A stretch of 64,000 nt of DNA. It comes from Trichoplax adhaerens (lineage: Eukaryota > Animalia > Placozoa). A program made the translations under genes and the position numbers. Location: contig NW_002060948.1 in assembly GCF_000150275.1 (NCBI RefSeq), forward strand, positions 248,001 through 312,000, given 5' to 3'. The notes under the pieces are model-generated. The model did no database searches. It saw only the letters and a program-made list of their open reading frames with translations, and was not told the origin of the DNA. Positions 13,096 through 26,795 of this stretch are shown in pieces. Numbering within the stretch: position 1 is the stretch's first letter; the number at the start of each line of letters is the position of its first letter.

Positions 13096-16000
13096 TTATT
13101 GTTCCTGTTCGTGTTCAGAATGGCTACCGATCAGCTCTTCCATCCCTTTGATGTCATCCTTACTGGGCGTCTCTTTTTTCTTAGGATCAGTGGATGAGTT
13201 AGGTGGAAATATGGAACTCGACAGCGCTGGCAATAGTGCCTTCCTTGATAGCCGATATCTGTTTGTTATCGGATCACGACCAAAGCACTTCACCGTCATT
13301 TCGTGACCAATACTGTAACCAAGTAATTCTGGTCTAGATACCTATGAAGTATTCATATGGACAATAACAGTTAAAACTGGAACCAATGTGACCATAGAAA
13401 TACTCTAATAAGACTGCTACAGTACTACCCTTCGATGATCCAACTGAGATACGTGCAACAGAATCGGTTGAGTATTAGGTTCCATTTCCAACATCACTCC
13501 AAAATTCCTGCAAATTAAAAATAAAAGACATCAATTAAATCGGATACTAGTCGTGTTTTAGATAACTCAGGATTTATACTTTATATCAACAATCTTCCCG
13601 GTATAGATTTGAGAGAATTTAAGATCTGGTTCCTAAAGTAAATTTTGCAAATACTTGTTAACAAAGTCATAATAGCAGAGCAACGCTGCCGTGTGACATT
13701 CTAAATTTAGTGTGAATAAGGAAAGCTACGATATACTCGTACTTTCAAATCAGCCATCAACTCTTCTATTCTTTGCTTCACATTCGCTAAGGCTTTGGCG
13801 CTTGGAGCATAAATTGAAACTTTGTCTTCATCTACGAAATTTATGTCACACCCTAATATGTAATTTTAGACAAATATTAAGAACTGCTTTAAAAAATGAT
13901 AACTGTAATCATGACTGACCGTATTCTTCCTGTAAACCCTTGATTGTGACACCGCCTAAACCTACTATACTGAACCTCTTACCCGCAGGCACATCAACAA
14001 TGTCTTATAAAAAGTAGCAATAAATGGTAGTAAGAGTCTGTGACATTCTCATAAAATAGTCAGCAACGATAATACACATAAAGCACTGATTTACCAAAAA
14101 CTGGAGCGCTACTTTTTACGTCCAATCGTGGCTTATCTATTACGCCGTACATTATGTCGAGCACCTTTCCTCTAGCCACTAAAAATGTGCGGTGAATCAT
14201 AATGTTAGGGAGAGTATTACAGGCACTTGCAATCACGGTTGATAGACTATTTAAAGACATAAACGCAATGTACGAACCAGCCGACTTCTTTATCGCTTCC
14301 TCGATTAGTTCCATAGAGACTCCTGTTACTTTAAAATCCGCCTACATAATTATCATTATTGTATCATTCACAACATGTGATAGCATGAAAAAGATACCAC
14401 AATTGCTCTCTAACCTGCAATGATGTGATGCCTTCTCTTGAGCCTGCAATTTTAAAATCCATTTCTCCAAAATAGTCCTCAATACCCTGTATTAATAGTA
14501 TTTGTGCGAGAATTATATTGTATCATAGAGAATAAGATTCGGCGATTTAACTAGCATTGCATTCATTTCGTGTACATATCTATATATTTGATACTTACCG
14601 CAATATCAGTTAAAATCTTATAGTTAAATTTTGAACCATCATCACTAGGATTAGCTACTAAACCCATCGCTACTCCAGCAATATGACGAGAAATAGGTAC
14701 TCCTTAGGTTAACGAAATTATAGCGATGTAATTAGTAATTAATGAAATGATAAAATACGAATACGAATGTATCTAACCATAGAAACTGATTTAAGATTAA
14801 GTGTTAAATATATGCAGCGATTCAGGTGCTTACCTGCATCCATCAATGCTAAACTTCCACCACAGGCAGATGCCATCGATGTCGATCCTGTCCACATTGA
14901 ATATTATCTTTAACATTATTTAAATATCCATTAATAATTAACTAATATAACCTACCATTTGACATCAAGACTTGACCAGTTAACCGAACTGTAAACGGAA
15001 AGTCGTCAGATACAACAGATCGTAAAGCATTCTTTGCTAAAGTACCTGTTGCAGTAATTCAGATCATGGTTATACGACTTCTTAAGCATTAGTAATTATT
15101 AACTCTTAAAACTGAACTGACCATGACCAATTTCTCGTCTAGAATTTTCCATAACTCTTCCAATTTCATTATTTGCATACGGAGGAAACTGTCACCAGGT
15201 TAACCGAAGTAATTAGCTTATATATATATTATGATAAGAAAGTTAGAAAACATAACCCTGAATACTAACTAACATACTTCATAATGGAGAATAAAACTGC
15301 GATGACGTTCGCCACTGTAAATAAATCGAATTAAGGATACTGTTAGTGTATATATAATGATAGACTGTAATTATTACGAAAAAATTTATAAGAGGACGGA
15401 CTTAAATTCAAAATACTCTATAGTCTTGAAGAGTCATTATCTAACCCTAATATCGCAGTGGTTATATCAAATCTTTGTAGCGAAAGTTTAGACCCTAGTA
15501 CAGCTGTGGTAAAAATCTGAAACCATGCAAGAACACTCATTACATAATGGTATTAGTTATTATTGACGCTATCGAAAGCAGTGAAGCTTTGTGTAACACC
15601 TGACTCTCTCCACGCTTAAAAAGGGAAGAACCATGTAAGGCTGGAAAAATGTTTATCTCTGCATCGATTGGCCGTAAATCATTCAATCCACGACCATCAC
15701 AGCTATTTACATTGAAGCAAATAGTATCAACTCATAAGTAATAGTTCTTCAACGCATTAACGAACAATTATAACACAGTATACTCCATGAGCGCTAATTA
15801 TTAATTTAAAATGTACCGAATAGATTTAGTCATCACATTTTGAGTTATACATCTCTTAGTAACGGAACTGAATGAATCTGATAATTGAAAGTTATCAGCA
15901 TTTGGAAACATTTCTATGTAAAATGAGATATAGAATAAGTAATTATTACACCAAGATAATCAACTTAGTACGAAAATAATATAAGGCTGAATTTTACCTT

Positions 16001-19000
16001 GGAGAGTTTTAAAATTTTCATCCACAACTTTCCTTGCAGCTCGATCCCGGGAAAGCTACATTAGAGTGTTTAAGACTTTATTTAATGCACGTACTTAACG
16101 AGCGATAAAAAATACTTTCATACTGTTATTTCGCTACAGTTTAACGATACCTTTTTATGAGAAAAGTCCAGCATGATATCATTTATCTGATCGCCTATAA
16201 GACTGCATAAAAGAGAAATAATAGTACTTCTTAAGTTGCATAATTGCGTAAGGTAAGCCTTAAAATTTTTAATCCTACTTATAAGCTCCTTCTTTGATGC
16301 TTTCATCTAATCTATAGAAAGTTAGATTAGTCTTATCTTTGCCATATCTATGACCAAAATCTTCTACGGCTTTAACAACATTTTGGGCCTAATAAATAAC
16401 GACAGTAGCAATAGTTTAATTTTCTTTAAAGTCAAGTCGTTTCATATGCAAAATAAATCATGTGAGATACACAATTTTGCTCACGGATTTTCAATATCGT
16501 TAATGTCTAACCTCTTCGAGGCCATACGTGATAGCTTTTAAAACCCCAGCGTCAGGTAACTCAGAGGCTGTGCCTTCCAACATAACTAGAATCATTTGTA
16601 AGCATTGAGTTATTTTATAAAGGCATACCAATCAATGCAATTAATATGTTAACAATTGCGAATACAATATTACCTAATCCTTTCGCAGAAGCTACAATAA
16701 CTAAGTCTAACTTCGATTGATATAACTAAAGAACAAAAGATGAATTAATAATGGCAGTAAAATAGCAAGGAGAAGCAATGTGTCTATCAGATATCCCTAT
16801 TTACCACAAAATCTATAATAAGTACTTCGTCTAGCAAATTTATTCTGATCACATTACTACTGTTACTAACCTCAACTCGCGTAGGATTGATTATTACTTC
16901 ATCATTAATATAACCCACTCTAACAGCCCCTGTAATATTAATTTGTCAATCAAAATTTTTAATTTCAAGATTTTACATCTCCTAATCAAGGCTATACCAA
17001 TTGGTCCGTTCCACGGTATGTTTGATATCGTTAAAGCGGCCGATGCTACATACGGTATGCAAAAATTTGCAAAACTTTTCAATAGCTTACTAACAAATTA
17101 TTTGTCATTAAATAATAAGCTGGTGCATATATGATTAGTAGTAAGTAGTCTCCTACCTCCATTTATAGCCGGAACTATCGTATCGCGTTCGGCATCAGCA
17201 GACATCAAGCTACATACAATCTATTAGTAACATAAGGCAATCGTGATATATATTTTTGGCATAGATGTAGTAAAGCAAAGAAAATATTTCTTCAGTACAT
17301 AAAGTTTAGCATTTCTTTCCGTACCTGCACTTCTTGTGGCATACCACGTTGAAAAGATGACCTTATGGAACGATCTATTAATTATATACATAATTATAAT
17401 GAATGCAAGGATCAATACAATGCAGTCTAAAAGTTGCGAGTGAATAATTATTAACTTAAACGAGAATGATAATAATACACACCAATGCTTCTGCTTGCTA
17501 GAATTTCTCTTTCACTTGGACCTAATTCTCGCTTGAAAAAATTAACTGGTATCTTTCCAGTCGCAGAGGCTTTCTCTCTATAATCCACCTATTTAGCAAT
17601 AAAATAATGTCAAGACCGTTTCACATTTTATTAATTAATTAAGAACGATCAATTATTTATTCTTATTGATTTCAAGTACTAATGCACTATTACATACAGG
17701 TTGCTTCAAAGCTTAGAAAGTATTCTATTTATTTTAGCAGTATTCAGTAAATGATTTGAGTTTGGAATAATAAGCTTATGCTGACATGTATTACCCGTAA
17801 GGGAGCGAAGCCAGCGTAGGAAGTAGTAGCTCGACTCATCACTGCAGTAACTAAGACTGCGGTCGATCCAGTCTATAGTTATAAAATACAGATTACTGGT
17901 TTGAGCAAGAATCCATAGAATACCTGAATCTATCACGTAATTTATAGCCCATACTTCAGACCTCTGAATAGGAAATATTATATTCAACTAAATAAGGCAA
18001 ATCTATTATCTGCAACGTTATCCCTATGCACTATTGACATTATTCTACAGTAATACAAAATATAGTAGGTAAAGGTTAAAATTATACCGATAAGTAGGAC
18101 ATAAGTTATCAAAGTCTGGAGATTAATTTAAATTAGCAGTCAATGAATAAGTTCTACAGTTACTTCAATTTGAACTTACTTCTACAAGGACAGATCCATC
18201 TGCAATAGTTGCAAGCTTACCACAAGAAAATTTTATTTCGCTAAAAAAATTTTAATATCATGAGAATTTTTCAATGGTGTAAGAATTCAATATGGATAAA
18301 ATAAAAATTGAATGGCATCCCAATTAATGTGATAATCATTTAAAGTACAATCAATAAAGGAGTTGAAGATAATCCGTCATGTATTCTGGTTATGTTCTAA
18401 CAAGATTATTCGAATAGTATGCCTTACATACACTACTTTGTATTAATTATTTTATGCTAACACTTTTTTATTGTGATATCAAAATAGTCAGTGATCACTA
18501 TCGAGCAAAAGACGGATTGGTAGTCAGCAGCGACGAATTAACAGACAAATAACCACTACCTCAGATTCATGTTATACATATTAGGAAAGGGTTACGCTTT
18601 CCACAAACACGCGTATGACCATCTGCATGTTAAGAATGACCGATGTTATTGATTGTAAGTTAGCTTTTCAAGCTAAATCGTTGACTCTAATGTAAGATTG
18701 AAGCATCTTCCACAAGAAGAGTTATTGATGGCAGTAGCATAGCCATGTAGTATCAATGTACTCGTTTGCTTGCATGCACGAGTATGCATGCAAACATGGA
18801 TTGCTCTGACATGAAGAGCCATTCTAAGCATACTATACAACAGTGTCGTAAGCCCTCACAACATCGATCCAAGTAAATACTGTAAGCCCTATTTCCGTTA
18901 TGGGATATTAACCAATGGAACTATCTACTGCCTAAAATGAACCTTTTATCTATTTAAGTTACTGCAATCAATCAATCCATAGCTTACCTATTGCCAGAGA

Positions 19001-19142
19001 CGGTCGTCAAGCAACCTGTATGTGCATGATTGTAACGACGAGTAATTTCTCTACAATATCGGTGAATCTTCAAGCCATATCTGTAAGCTTGACTATTATA
19101 GGATATAATATTAGCTAATCTACTCAAAGAACTCAACGGCAT
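13096..19142 (-). CDS. PNPT1: Mitochondrial polyribonucleotide nucleotidyltransferase (PNPase), multi-exon
   Basis: Exon 1 (18988-19142) encodes a basic presequence [13 protein letters not shown].... It is followed by [82 protein letters not shown] (IVGLGG) and S1 (FGVMLE, GRDP...RLSRK). Confidence 0.95.
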
Positions 19143-19290
19143 ATCGAGGTAATGGAGTTACTACAAGTCAAAACTGAGCAAATGACGTTGGAGATGTGGG
19201 CATCGATTCGCGAGCAAACACAATCTACTGCTGTACACGGTTTGACGCGATTTAGCTGGTGTGCTGCCAGTTGGATCTTCGTCAATAAAT

Positions 19291-19330
19291 TACTGTACCG
19301 TACTGTACGTTTTCACAGTACGGTACAGTA
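19291..19330. promoter_or_regulatory. Perfect 16-bp inverted repeat of TACTG/CAGTA units ~150 bp upstream of the PNPT1 ATG
   Basis: TACTGTACCGTACTGT (19291-19306) + 8-nt spacer + ACAGTACGGTACAGTA (19315-19330). The regulatory role is inferred from position only. Confidence 0.55.
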
Positions 19331-19392
19331 TGCCAATACGGTACTGGACACTGTCCACCGTATAGGCATCTAACTCACAATCATCGTACGTA

Positions 19393-20635
19393 CAGTCATG
19401 GCGGACTAAACTCCAGGTTGCATCATTCAATCTGACATGTACACTTGTAAATGTGCAAATGGCGGAAGCACATGTGCAATGGCGGTACTGTAGCACACTG
19501 GTCTACACTAGTCTGCGCCATTGATCTTGAAGCATACAGTACTGTTGAAGTTTCCGGTGTTTTTTTTATTCTTAACCTCCAAGCCGACCACTCATGGCAG
19601 CTATTATTTTTAACATCATTTGCAGAGGTCTGCTTCCAAGACTCTAGCTATGCCGTTGCTCCAGGTTGCATCATTCAATCTGACATGTACACTTGTAAAT
19701 GTGCAAATGGCGGAAGCACATGTGCAATGGCGGTACTGTAGCACACTGGTCTACACTAGTCTGCGCCATTGATCTTGAAGCATACAGTACTGTTGAAGTT
19801 TCCGGGTTTTTTTTACTCTTAACCTCCAAGCCGACCACTCATGGCAGCTATTATTTTTGACATCATTTGCAGAGGTCTGCTTCCAAGACTCTAGCTATGC
19901 CGTTGCTCCAGGTTGCATCGTTCAATCTGACTGCACTTGTAAATGTGCAAATGGCGGAAGCACATGTGCAATGGCGGTACTGTAGCACACTGGTCTACAC
20001 TAGTCTGCGCCATTGATCTTGAAGCATACAGTACTGTTGAAGTTTCCGGGTTTTTATTCTTAACCTCCAAGCCGACCACTCATGGCAGCTATTATTTTTG
20101 ACATCATTTGCAGAGGTCTGCTTTCAAGACTCTAGCTCTGCCGTTGCAGGTGCTTCAAATTGAACTACAAACACTTATGTGAAGTAGGTCAGGATAGTCA
20201 GGGATGGCCTGCTGGTCTAGGGTTGTGGTGCAGCCTGAAATACAAATGGCACAGGCTGAAGAAAGCTTGGCTGAATGCAATAATTCATCATGAGCTGCTC
20301 GGACTAGGGGGATAGATTGCAAGTGTCGTTAGCTTAGAGTAACTGATCCGTAGCATTATTGGTAGTGCTTTGCTGATTCACCAATTCTTCTCGATCATCT
20401 AATCATGGGAATGTTCAATATAAATTGTTCGTATTGTATACTTCGACACGGCCATTTCTGTATGTACTGTATATTGCTCCCATGTCGATGTGTATGAAAA
20501 ATCCAGATTGAAATAGTTAGGTCTAGTGTACAATATACCTAATTAGAATCTCCAGAATTTGGTGAATATGGTGCCACCAACCAAATCATGAACGAAATGG
20601 GCATGATGTACATCTAGTGTAGTAGTCCATGACTG
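19393..20635. mobile_element. Possible degenerate non-autonomous TIR element (~1.24 kb) containing the 247 bp triplication
   Basis: The left end CAGTCATGGcggACTAaACTccaggttgCATCAT resembles the reverse complement of the right end, CAGTCATGGactACTAcACTagatgtaCATCAT. No clear target-site duplication and no transposase ORF. Confidence 0.35.
19411..20147. repeat. Three near-identical ~247 bp tandem repeats upstream of PNPT1
   Basis: Units start CTCCAGGTTGCATC at 19411, 19659 and 19906, with only a few substitutions or indels between copies. Confidence 0.97.
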
Positions 20636-21583
20636 GTTAGGTCTGCTATACTGTACAGCTTACAGCCCAGGGTTGCAGTACTCTACTTAAACTTGGTCAT
20701 TTAAGCTACAATAAGCTGTTCATTAGCCCTCGATATTCAGTAATTGCACTCTTATTGATATAATACGCCTTGGACTGTAATGAATAGATTTTACAACCGC
20801 CTCAAAATTTGAGTTGTTAAAATTCAAATCTCTAATGTGACGCAATTATATGTCTACAGCTACAATATTAGAGTATTCGTGCCTGCTCGTGTGCAGTAAT
20901 GGATCGTAACAGGGCGAGACAGTTAATGGAACTCGAAAGAAAAACCGTCAGGCTGGAGCAGTATAGAGTTAAATTGGATATTCTTTTCGATGCTCATTTT
21001 ATTTATAGTTTTAAATTAAATTTTCTGAAAAATTATAAATTACAAGATAAAACAAATGACGCCACACTGACTATACAGTATATAATATAATAATATTAAA
21101 TTTCGTAAAGTACGTATAAATGGCAATATTTCACATTACGAAAGGGCTTTTGATTATAATCATAGAATAAATAAAATATCGGACATTATTAATTCTAGGA
21201 GTTGAGGTTTCGTTTTAAACAGCCAATGCTGTTATATAATAATATTCTTGTAGAATAATAATTATCACAGATGCAATAATTTCAGGAAATCATAAGGCTT
21301 TGTATATGGCAAAACTTAGAATATTCCGGTAATCCAAAACGTATACATTTAAAATATTACTATAGCAAATATCCAGTAAGGTAATATTGTAAATAAAACT
21401 TATAAGGAATTGTACAACAATTCAAAATCCTTATCTTAAACATGATGATGAATAATTCTATCGACAATCAATTCAGTCAAGATAGATAGCGTTAGGTAAT
21501 TAAATTATTATAGTATCATTTAGTCTTAAGATAGTTTCTATAAAGCCAGTATGACTTCTTTAACAAGAGAATCAATTTCAATT

Positions 21584-24348
21584 CTAAGTCGAATTACCTG
21601 ATCTACATTCCTGGAGCTCATGGTCCAGTAAATTATACAATATCGATGAATTGGTGTCGCCTCTAGACTTTAACCAATCCATCAAGCTGTAAAATACTTT
21701 CAATTGCATATTAAATAGTCTTAGCAACAAAGACCTGCTTTTATTATTTGATGAAGTATGTCGGAGTTCTAATTCTTGCAGATCATCAACTGTTAATAAT
21801 TCTCGCTCGAATAAATAATCAGACAACGCAGTTGCATCGATTTTATTGCAGATGGTTGTAAAATTTTTTTGTAGAATTTTCCCTTCCATTGTTCCTTTCA
21901 AAGTCATCTTGTTATCATTTTTGTCTAATAACGAATGAAGCATAATGAAAATTAACTGCAGTTGAATCGATTATAGCAAATAACTACCGACAACTACTGC
22001 ATTGGTGAACATTAATCCACAGGCAAACATGCTCTATAGGCGTATAAGAGTATATAGTATAGAAACTTTTACAAGTGAGAATTGCTCAAACTTAGAAACT
22101 GAAATATCCTACGATAAAATAGTTTATCAGCAACTGATGTGCTACTCCAAATAAACTATATTAACCTTTAATCATGCGAGGGCTGGTATTCTTGTAATCA
22201 TGGACCAGTTGAGCTTCCTCAAATACATCATCTAAGCTATCCCAAGTATCTGTAGAACTTGCTAAAGATGTATTACTGATATTCCGATCATTAGGTGTCG
22301 CATATTGGTGCCTTTGTAGCATTTCAACAACATCGCCATAGCCATTCGATTTAGCTAAATCGATTGGATATTTCTTTTTCTACATGATAAAGCAAATATT
22401 CACTAAAATTGCTAAGTGGTAATTGTACTATTTAGTAATCTAGATTTCTATGTAACATTATAACAACATTTAAGAAGTAGTTCAATTAAATTTTCTTAAC
22501 CTTATTCTTCAATAGATGATTTGCTCCTAGATTTAGTAAAGTCCTCACACATGCTTTGTAACCCAGATAAGCAGCAGTATGTATAGGTGTATTCCCTCGC
22601 TGTTAAATAGAATAATTATATAAAATAAATGCTTACCTATTTTATTTAAATTCATTGAAATAATAAATGATTACTTCTAACTTATTATTCGTAAGCAATT
22701 CAGATTTAGTTATCAATAAATTATAACCTTGTCTCTCTTATTAATTTTTGCACCATTACGTATTAGCCATTTTATTAATTCAGTATCATTTGCAAATACT
22801 GCAGTATGAATTGGATGATATCTTTCCTGCACGAATAAGTATAAAATTTAAAACTAATGACAATCAGACACCGTATACTATAGCTTAAAAGGCCTACCTT
22901 GCCAGTAGTACAACTAATTATTTTCGGATCATGTCGAAAAAGTATTTCTACACAATTTTGATGGCCAAGTAAAGCAGCATAATGTATGGGAGCCCAACTG
23001 CTGCTCTAATTACGTAAAAGAACATTATATTAAATCCTTTTCACTATTAGAGAAGGGCAAATTATAGGAAATTCCGGCGTAATTAGTCGAAGTTTTACGA
23101 GTTTAAACCATTTATTATTGTAAATTTAAAGTAAATGATGTTATTAATACAGGTAAAGACTTGTTAATAACTTCTTGATTTTGCGTAACGGCATTAAATA
23201 ATTCTTCTTATACTGTATATAAGTAGCGTTAGAAGCTAAGGCACTTACTCCGATATCTAAAATTAAGGGATCCGCTCCATAACGCAACAACAATTCAACC
23301 GCGCTTAAGTCTCCTTTTGCACATGCATAGTGTAAAGCGGTTGCGTTTTTAGCCTATAAAGTATGTACAGAAGTTGATACAAAATTAATTATTATTTGAA
23401 CAACATTGCGATAAGTGGTCGAAATATGGATTATGCATCGATAAGATAAACCTGAGCTTTAATTCATAAATAACTATAAATAATTTTAATTTGATAATGG
23501 CTACTCCCTTATATAAATTTGTTAACATTGTAAAATGCAAATGTCTAAGTGTAGTCGTCTACTACAGTACCAATGTGCTGGTAATAATATAGCCTAATGT
23601 TTTTGCCAATATAGTATCATAGGAAGTGCATTAATAAATACCAGTTTATACTTTACTGTTTATATCTGATATCACTTGAAATCTCCCTTCTGGAATATCA
23701 TAATAAAGACAATAAACAGAAATATAAGACTTTTACAACTACAGATCAATCCAGCAATATTAGATTTTACCTATAGTAATATGCAATTCGACGATTTTGT
23801 CACATTATATTGTAAATAAGATTAAATAGTATTGGTAATTGGATGATGTACTTCAATTTGATAATGTGCCTTTAGACCAAGAATAAACTTTCTAACTGTC
23901 TCTTGATACTATATCGTTGGACGACTAACTCATATTACGTATAATCAACAGCTAGTATTTTCTTACTTTAATACGAAAATAGTCAATTTCCTTCTCACTT
24001 AAAGTCGCTTCATTAATATCACATTGATGTTCTTTTAATACTTCTTCATCTTCGTACTTAGCCGCAAAATAAATCTTTTCTACAAGATCGTTTGCCTATT
24101 TTAATAGTATCGTATAGTAGACAATTTTTAAGAGATTGATAAAATCAAAACAACCTCTGCATGACATAGTGGTAAGGTAATTATCAGCCAAACAAATGAA
24201 CGATCAGTAAGTAAACGATGTAAATAGATCGATTAATTGTTAACTAGATAGAATATAATTATTGACAGCGCTTAAATTGCGATATCATAACACAAGGAGC
24301 AAAAATATAATTTAAACCATTTGATTCATTTCATCTTACATTTTCCAT
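21584..24348 (-). CDS. Ankyrin-repeat protein with C-terminal CARD (death-fold) domain, ~367 aa
   Basis: Phase-consistent exons: 24340-24348, 23967-24095, 23249-23353, 22898-23005, 22728-22826, 22501-22599, 22166-22379, 21584-21924. Ankyrin motifs: TALHYACAKGDLSAVELLL, APIHYAALLGHQNCVEIL, HPIHTAV, GNTPIHTAAYLG. The last exon (ILQKNFTTICNKIDATALSDYLFERELLTVDDLQEL...KSRSLLLRL...FYSLMDWL) fits a CARD pattern. Confidence 0.8.
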
Positions 24349-26664
24349 TGCGGTAAATTATCAATTTCTACGGAATTCTTCTAGAGTTCTAGTGATTGAT
24401 ATAAGAAATAATTACTATTTTAGTGACAATAAAGAAATTATTCTTGAAAAACGTATTATCAACTTAAACAGAGTTCTTTTTTAGCCTTAATAATTAATAA
24501 TAAGACATAATTACGGTATGAATAACAATGAAGAAGTTATCATGAAAATATCAGTTATACTATTAATTTCGTGTCCGTAGCCGCAGCTATAGCATTTAAC
24601 CCGTCTAACTTTATATTAAAAAAGATAACAACACTAATATTAACTACGCTACTTTACCAAATCTCTAACGATAGTTAGTATCAGTCTGTATGGTGACTAT
24701 ATACGTAAAACGTACGATAATGACTCAGAGATATTGTTGTTTTTAAGTTCATTGCTATCATGTTAAATCATATTTCTGCCTACTTGCAACGGGGATGATT
24801 ATGCACCTACGTATACTATATAATCAACGTTACCCGATCACTACTTCCTCTGAAATCTTTTGAGTATATACCGTATGATATAGTTCTGCTATATCTGTAC
24901 CATAACATCTAATTACCTAATAAAAGTTTAATCAATCTTTTAAATTTCTTTACCTTCCAGCTTATAACATCCTTTAGGAGAACCTTTAAACATGATTTTA
25001 GCGTCTAGATCAAAGGAGAAATGTGACGACACATGATGGCGATCTTTATTTAGAATAGCATCGATGACTCTATAATGAGTAGCACTGAGTAAAGATTGTA
25101 CTACCCCGATCAAATTGTTACGGTCTATTCATAATTGATTATGCAAGCGTTCGAACAATAAAGCATGGTTATGCATTTATTTACTCCAAGATATGTTTAC
25201 GGTTCCTTTGTTTTATATCCAGTATAGACACTATACAATATGCAAAGTAAAATAATGTAAAATAATTTCCACTTATTATAGTACTAAATCGTGCTACTAA
25301 ATATTAATAGATGGTCTTAGATGCAATATTTTATAATTAAATTCATTCTAGTGTTCACTTCAATCCTGCTAAGATCAGGAGCAATTGAGAGTAAAAATAT
25401 AACTAGGAATGGTTTTTACTATACTCGTATGCCCAGTATACAAAACCCGTAACCTATATAGCGTATACAGAAGGAAAAAAAGCGCGCCTAGTTAAGCTAT
25501 GGCGATTCAGACATCATATGCAATAGACCAATAATGCAAAGGATGCTAGCTATTGCATTACTACCTGTAAGATACACTTAAGATCTGGATTGTGTACGTA
25601 AGTTCGCAATAACTTACGGAATAGTACAATATCGCGAAATTATTGATCGCGTCCATTTAGCCATTACAAGTATGGTATCGTCTATAATTACATTATTACA
25701 GACGCCCATGCTTACTATAGCGATCACAATCGATTGGAACGCAGTTGCTATCTCGCCAATTTATACTGTAGCACTTATAGTTGTTGCTAGAAATTCCATA
25801 TGAAATAGGTTAAGAAAATATAGCGTCTGAAAGTTGAGTAGCTTTAATTAATTTCCTGTAGTTAATGTTTTATTGCTATTTACTGTACTGTACTATGTGC
25901 CATATTGCGAGCCCATTGACAGTATTAGTACTGTAGAATTATGCATTTTTATTAGTTCTTATTTTACCTGTATAAAAGAGCGATTATGTATAAAAGAAAT
26001 TCCTATCATTTATTATCACTAATACAGTGGAAGTATCAAATTTAAGCCTAATCCGGCTTTAAAAAATCTACAAATTACAACGTGGTATTATTACCATTTA
26101 ATGTAAAAACTAAATAATAATCACAGGATAGTATATCTTGTACAATACGTTTGTATACATATTATCGTGGCCTAAAGACATAAAATTAAGAAAAGAAAAC
26201 TCCTCTATCAGCTCATTCAATGACATAATTTACGAGTTTGATGAAATAGCGTCGCTATCGTGGAAATGCTAATCAACTGCATTCTAGCAAAATTGTGATG
26301 TCGGTTATCCATCTGTCTTGTTGTAAAATGGCTGTCAACTGAGCTAGTGCGTGTATATTCCTTGTTGGCTGTATATTACAACAACTAGAGCTACGTACTG
26401 CATTTATTTGATCCTCTAATTTTACTGCTTCATGATTTATTTTTGAATATCATGCGTTGTTCGACATGTAATCAAAATCTTGAAATTTTCCTGGTTGCTA
26501 GCTCCGTATTTTGTAGTATCCAAGTCATGAAACCAGATTATATTCATAAGCTATCCTCTGTACTGACGTTTGCGTGTTTGCGTACCCATCTCATTAAGGT
26601 GGACGAGCCATGACTGCACTCGTCCTCTCTGTCCGTCCGACCGCACTATATTTCATCGCACACC

Positions 26665-26795
26665 AGAGTACAGTACAGTATTGTACAGTAGTGCACTGTA
26701 CACTGTACTGTACATTGTACAAGTGTACAGTACAGTACAGTGGTGTCGCGGTTGACGTGAGCCGGAGTGAGGCGTGCAACGTACAGTACAGTACA
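26665..26795. repeat. Inverted (CAGTA)n/(TACTG)n low-complexity array between the divergent ANK-CARD and otubain genes
   Basis: CACTGTACACTGTACTGTACATTGTACAAGTGTACAGTACAGTACAGTG is a near-palindrome, flanked by more CAGTA units. Confidence 0.75.

Noticed and set aside
15441-15450. CTAACCCTAA telomerase-template-like 10-mer
   Set aside because: It is a PNPT1 exon/donor junction (TTAGG|GTTAG) on the minus strand.
19451-20079. ORFs within the 247-bp repeats
   Set aside because: The unit length is not a constant multiple of 3, frames differ between copies, and there is no homology.
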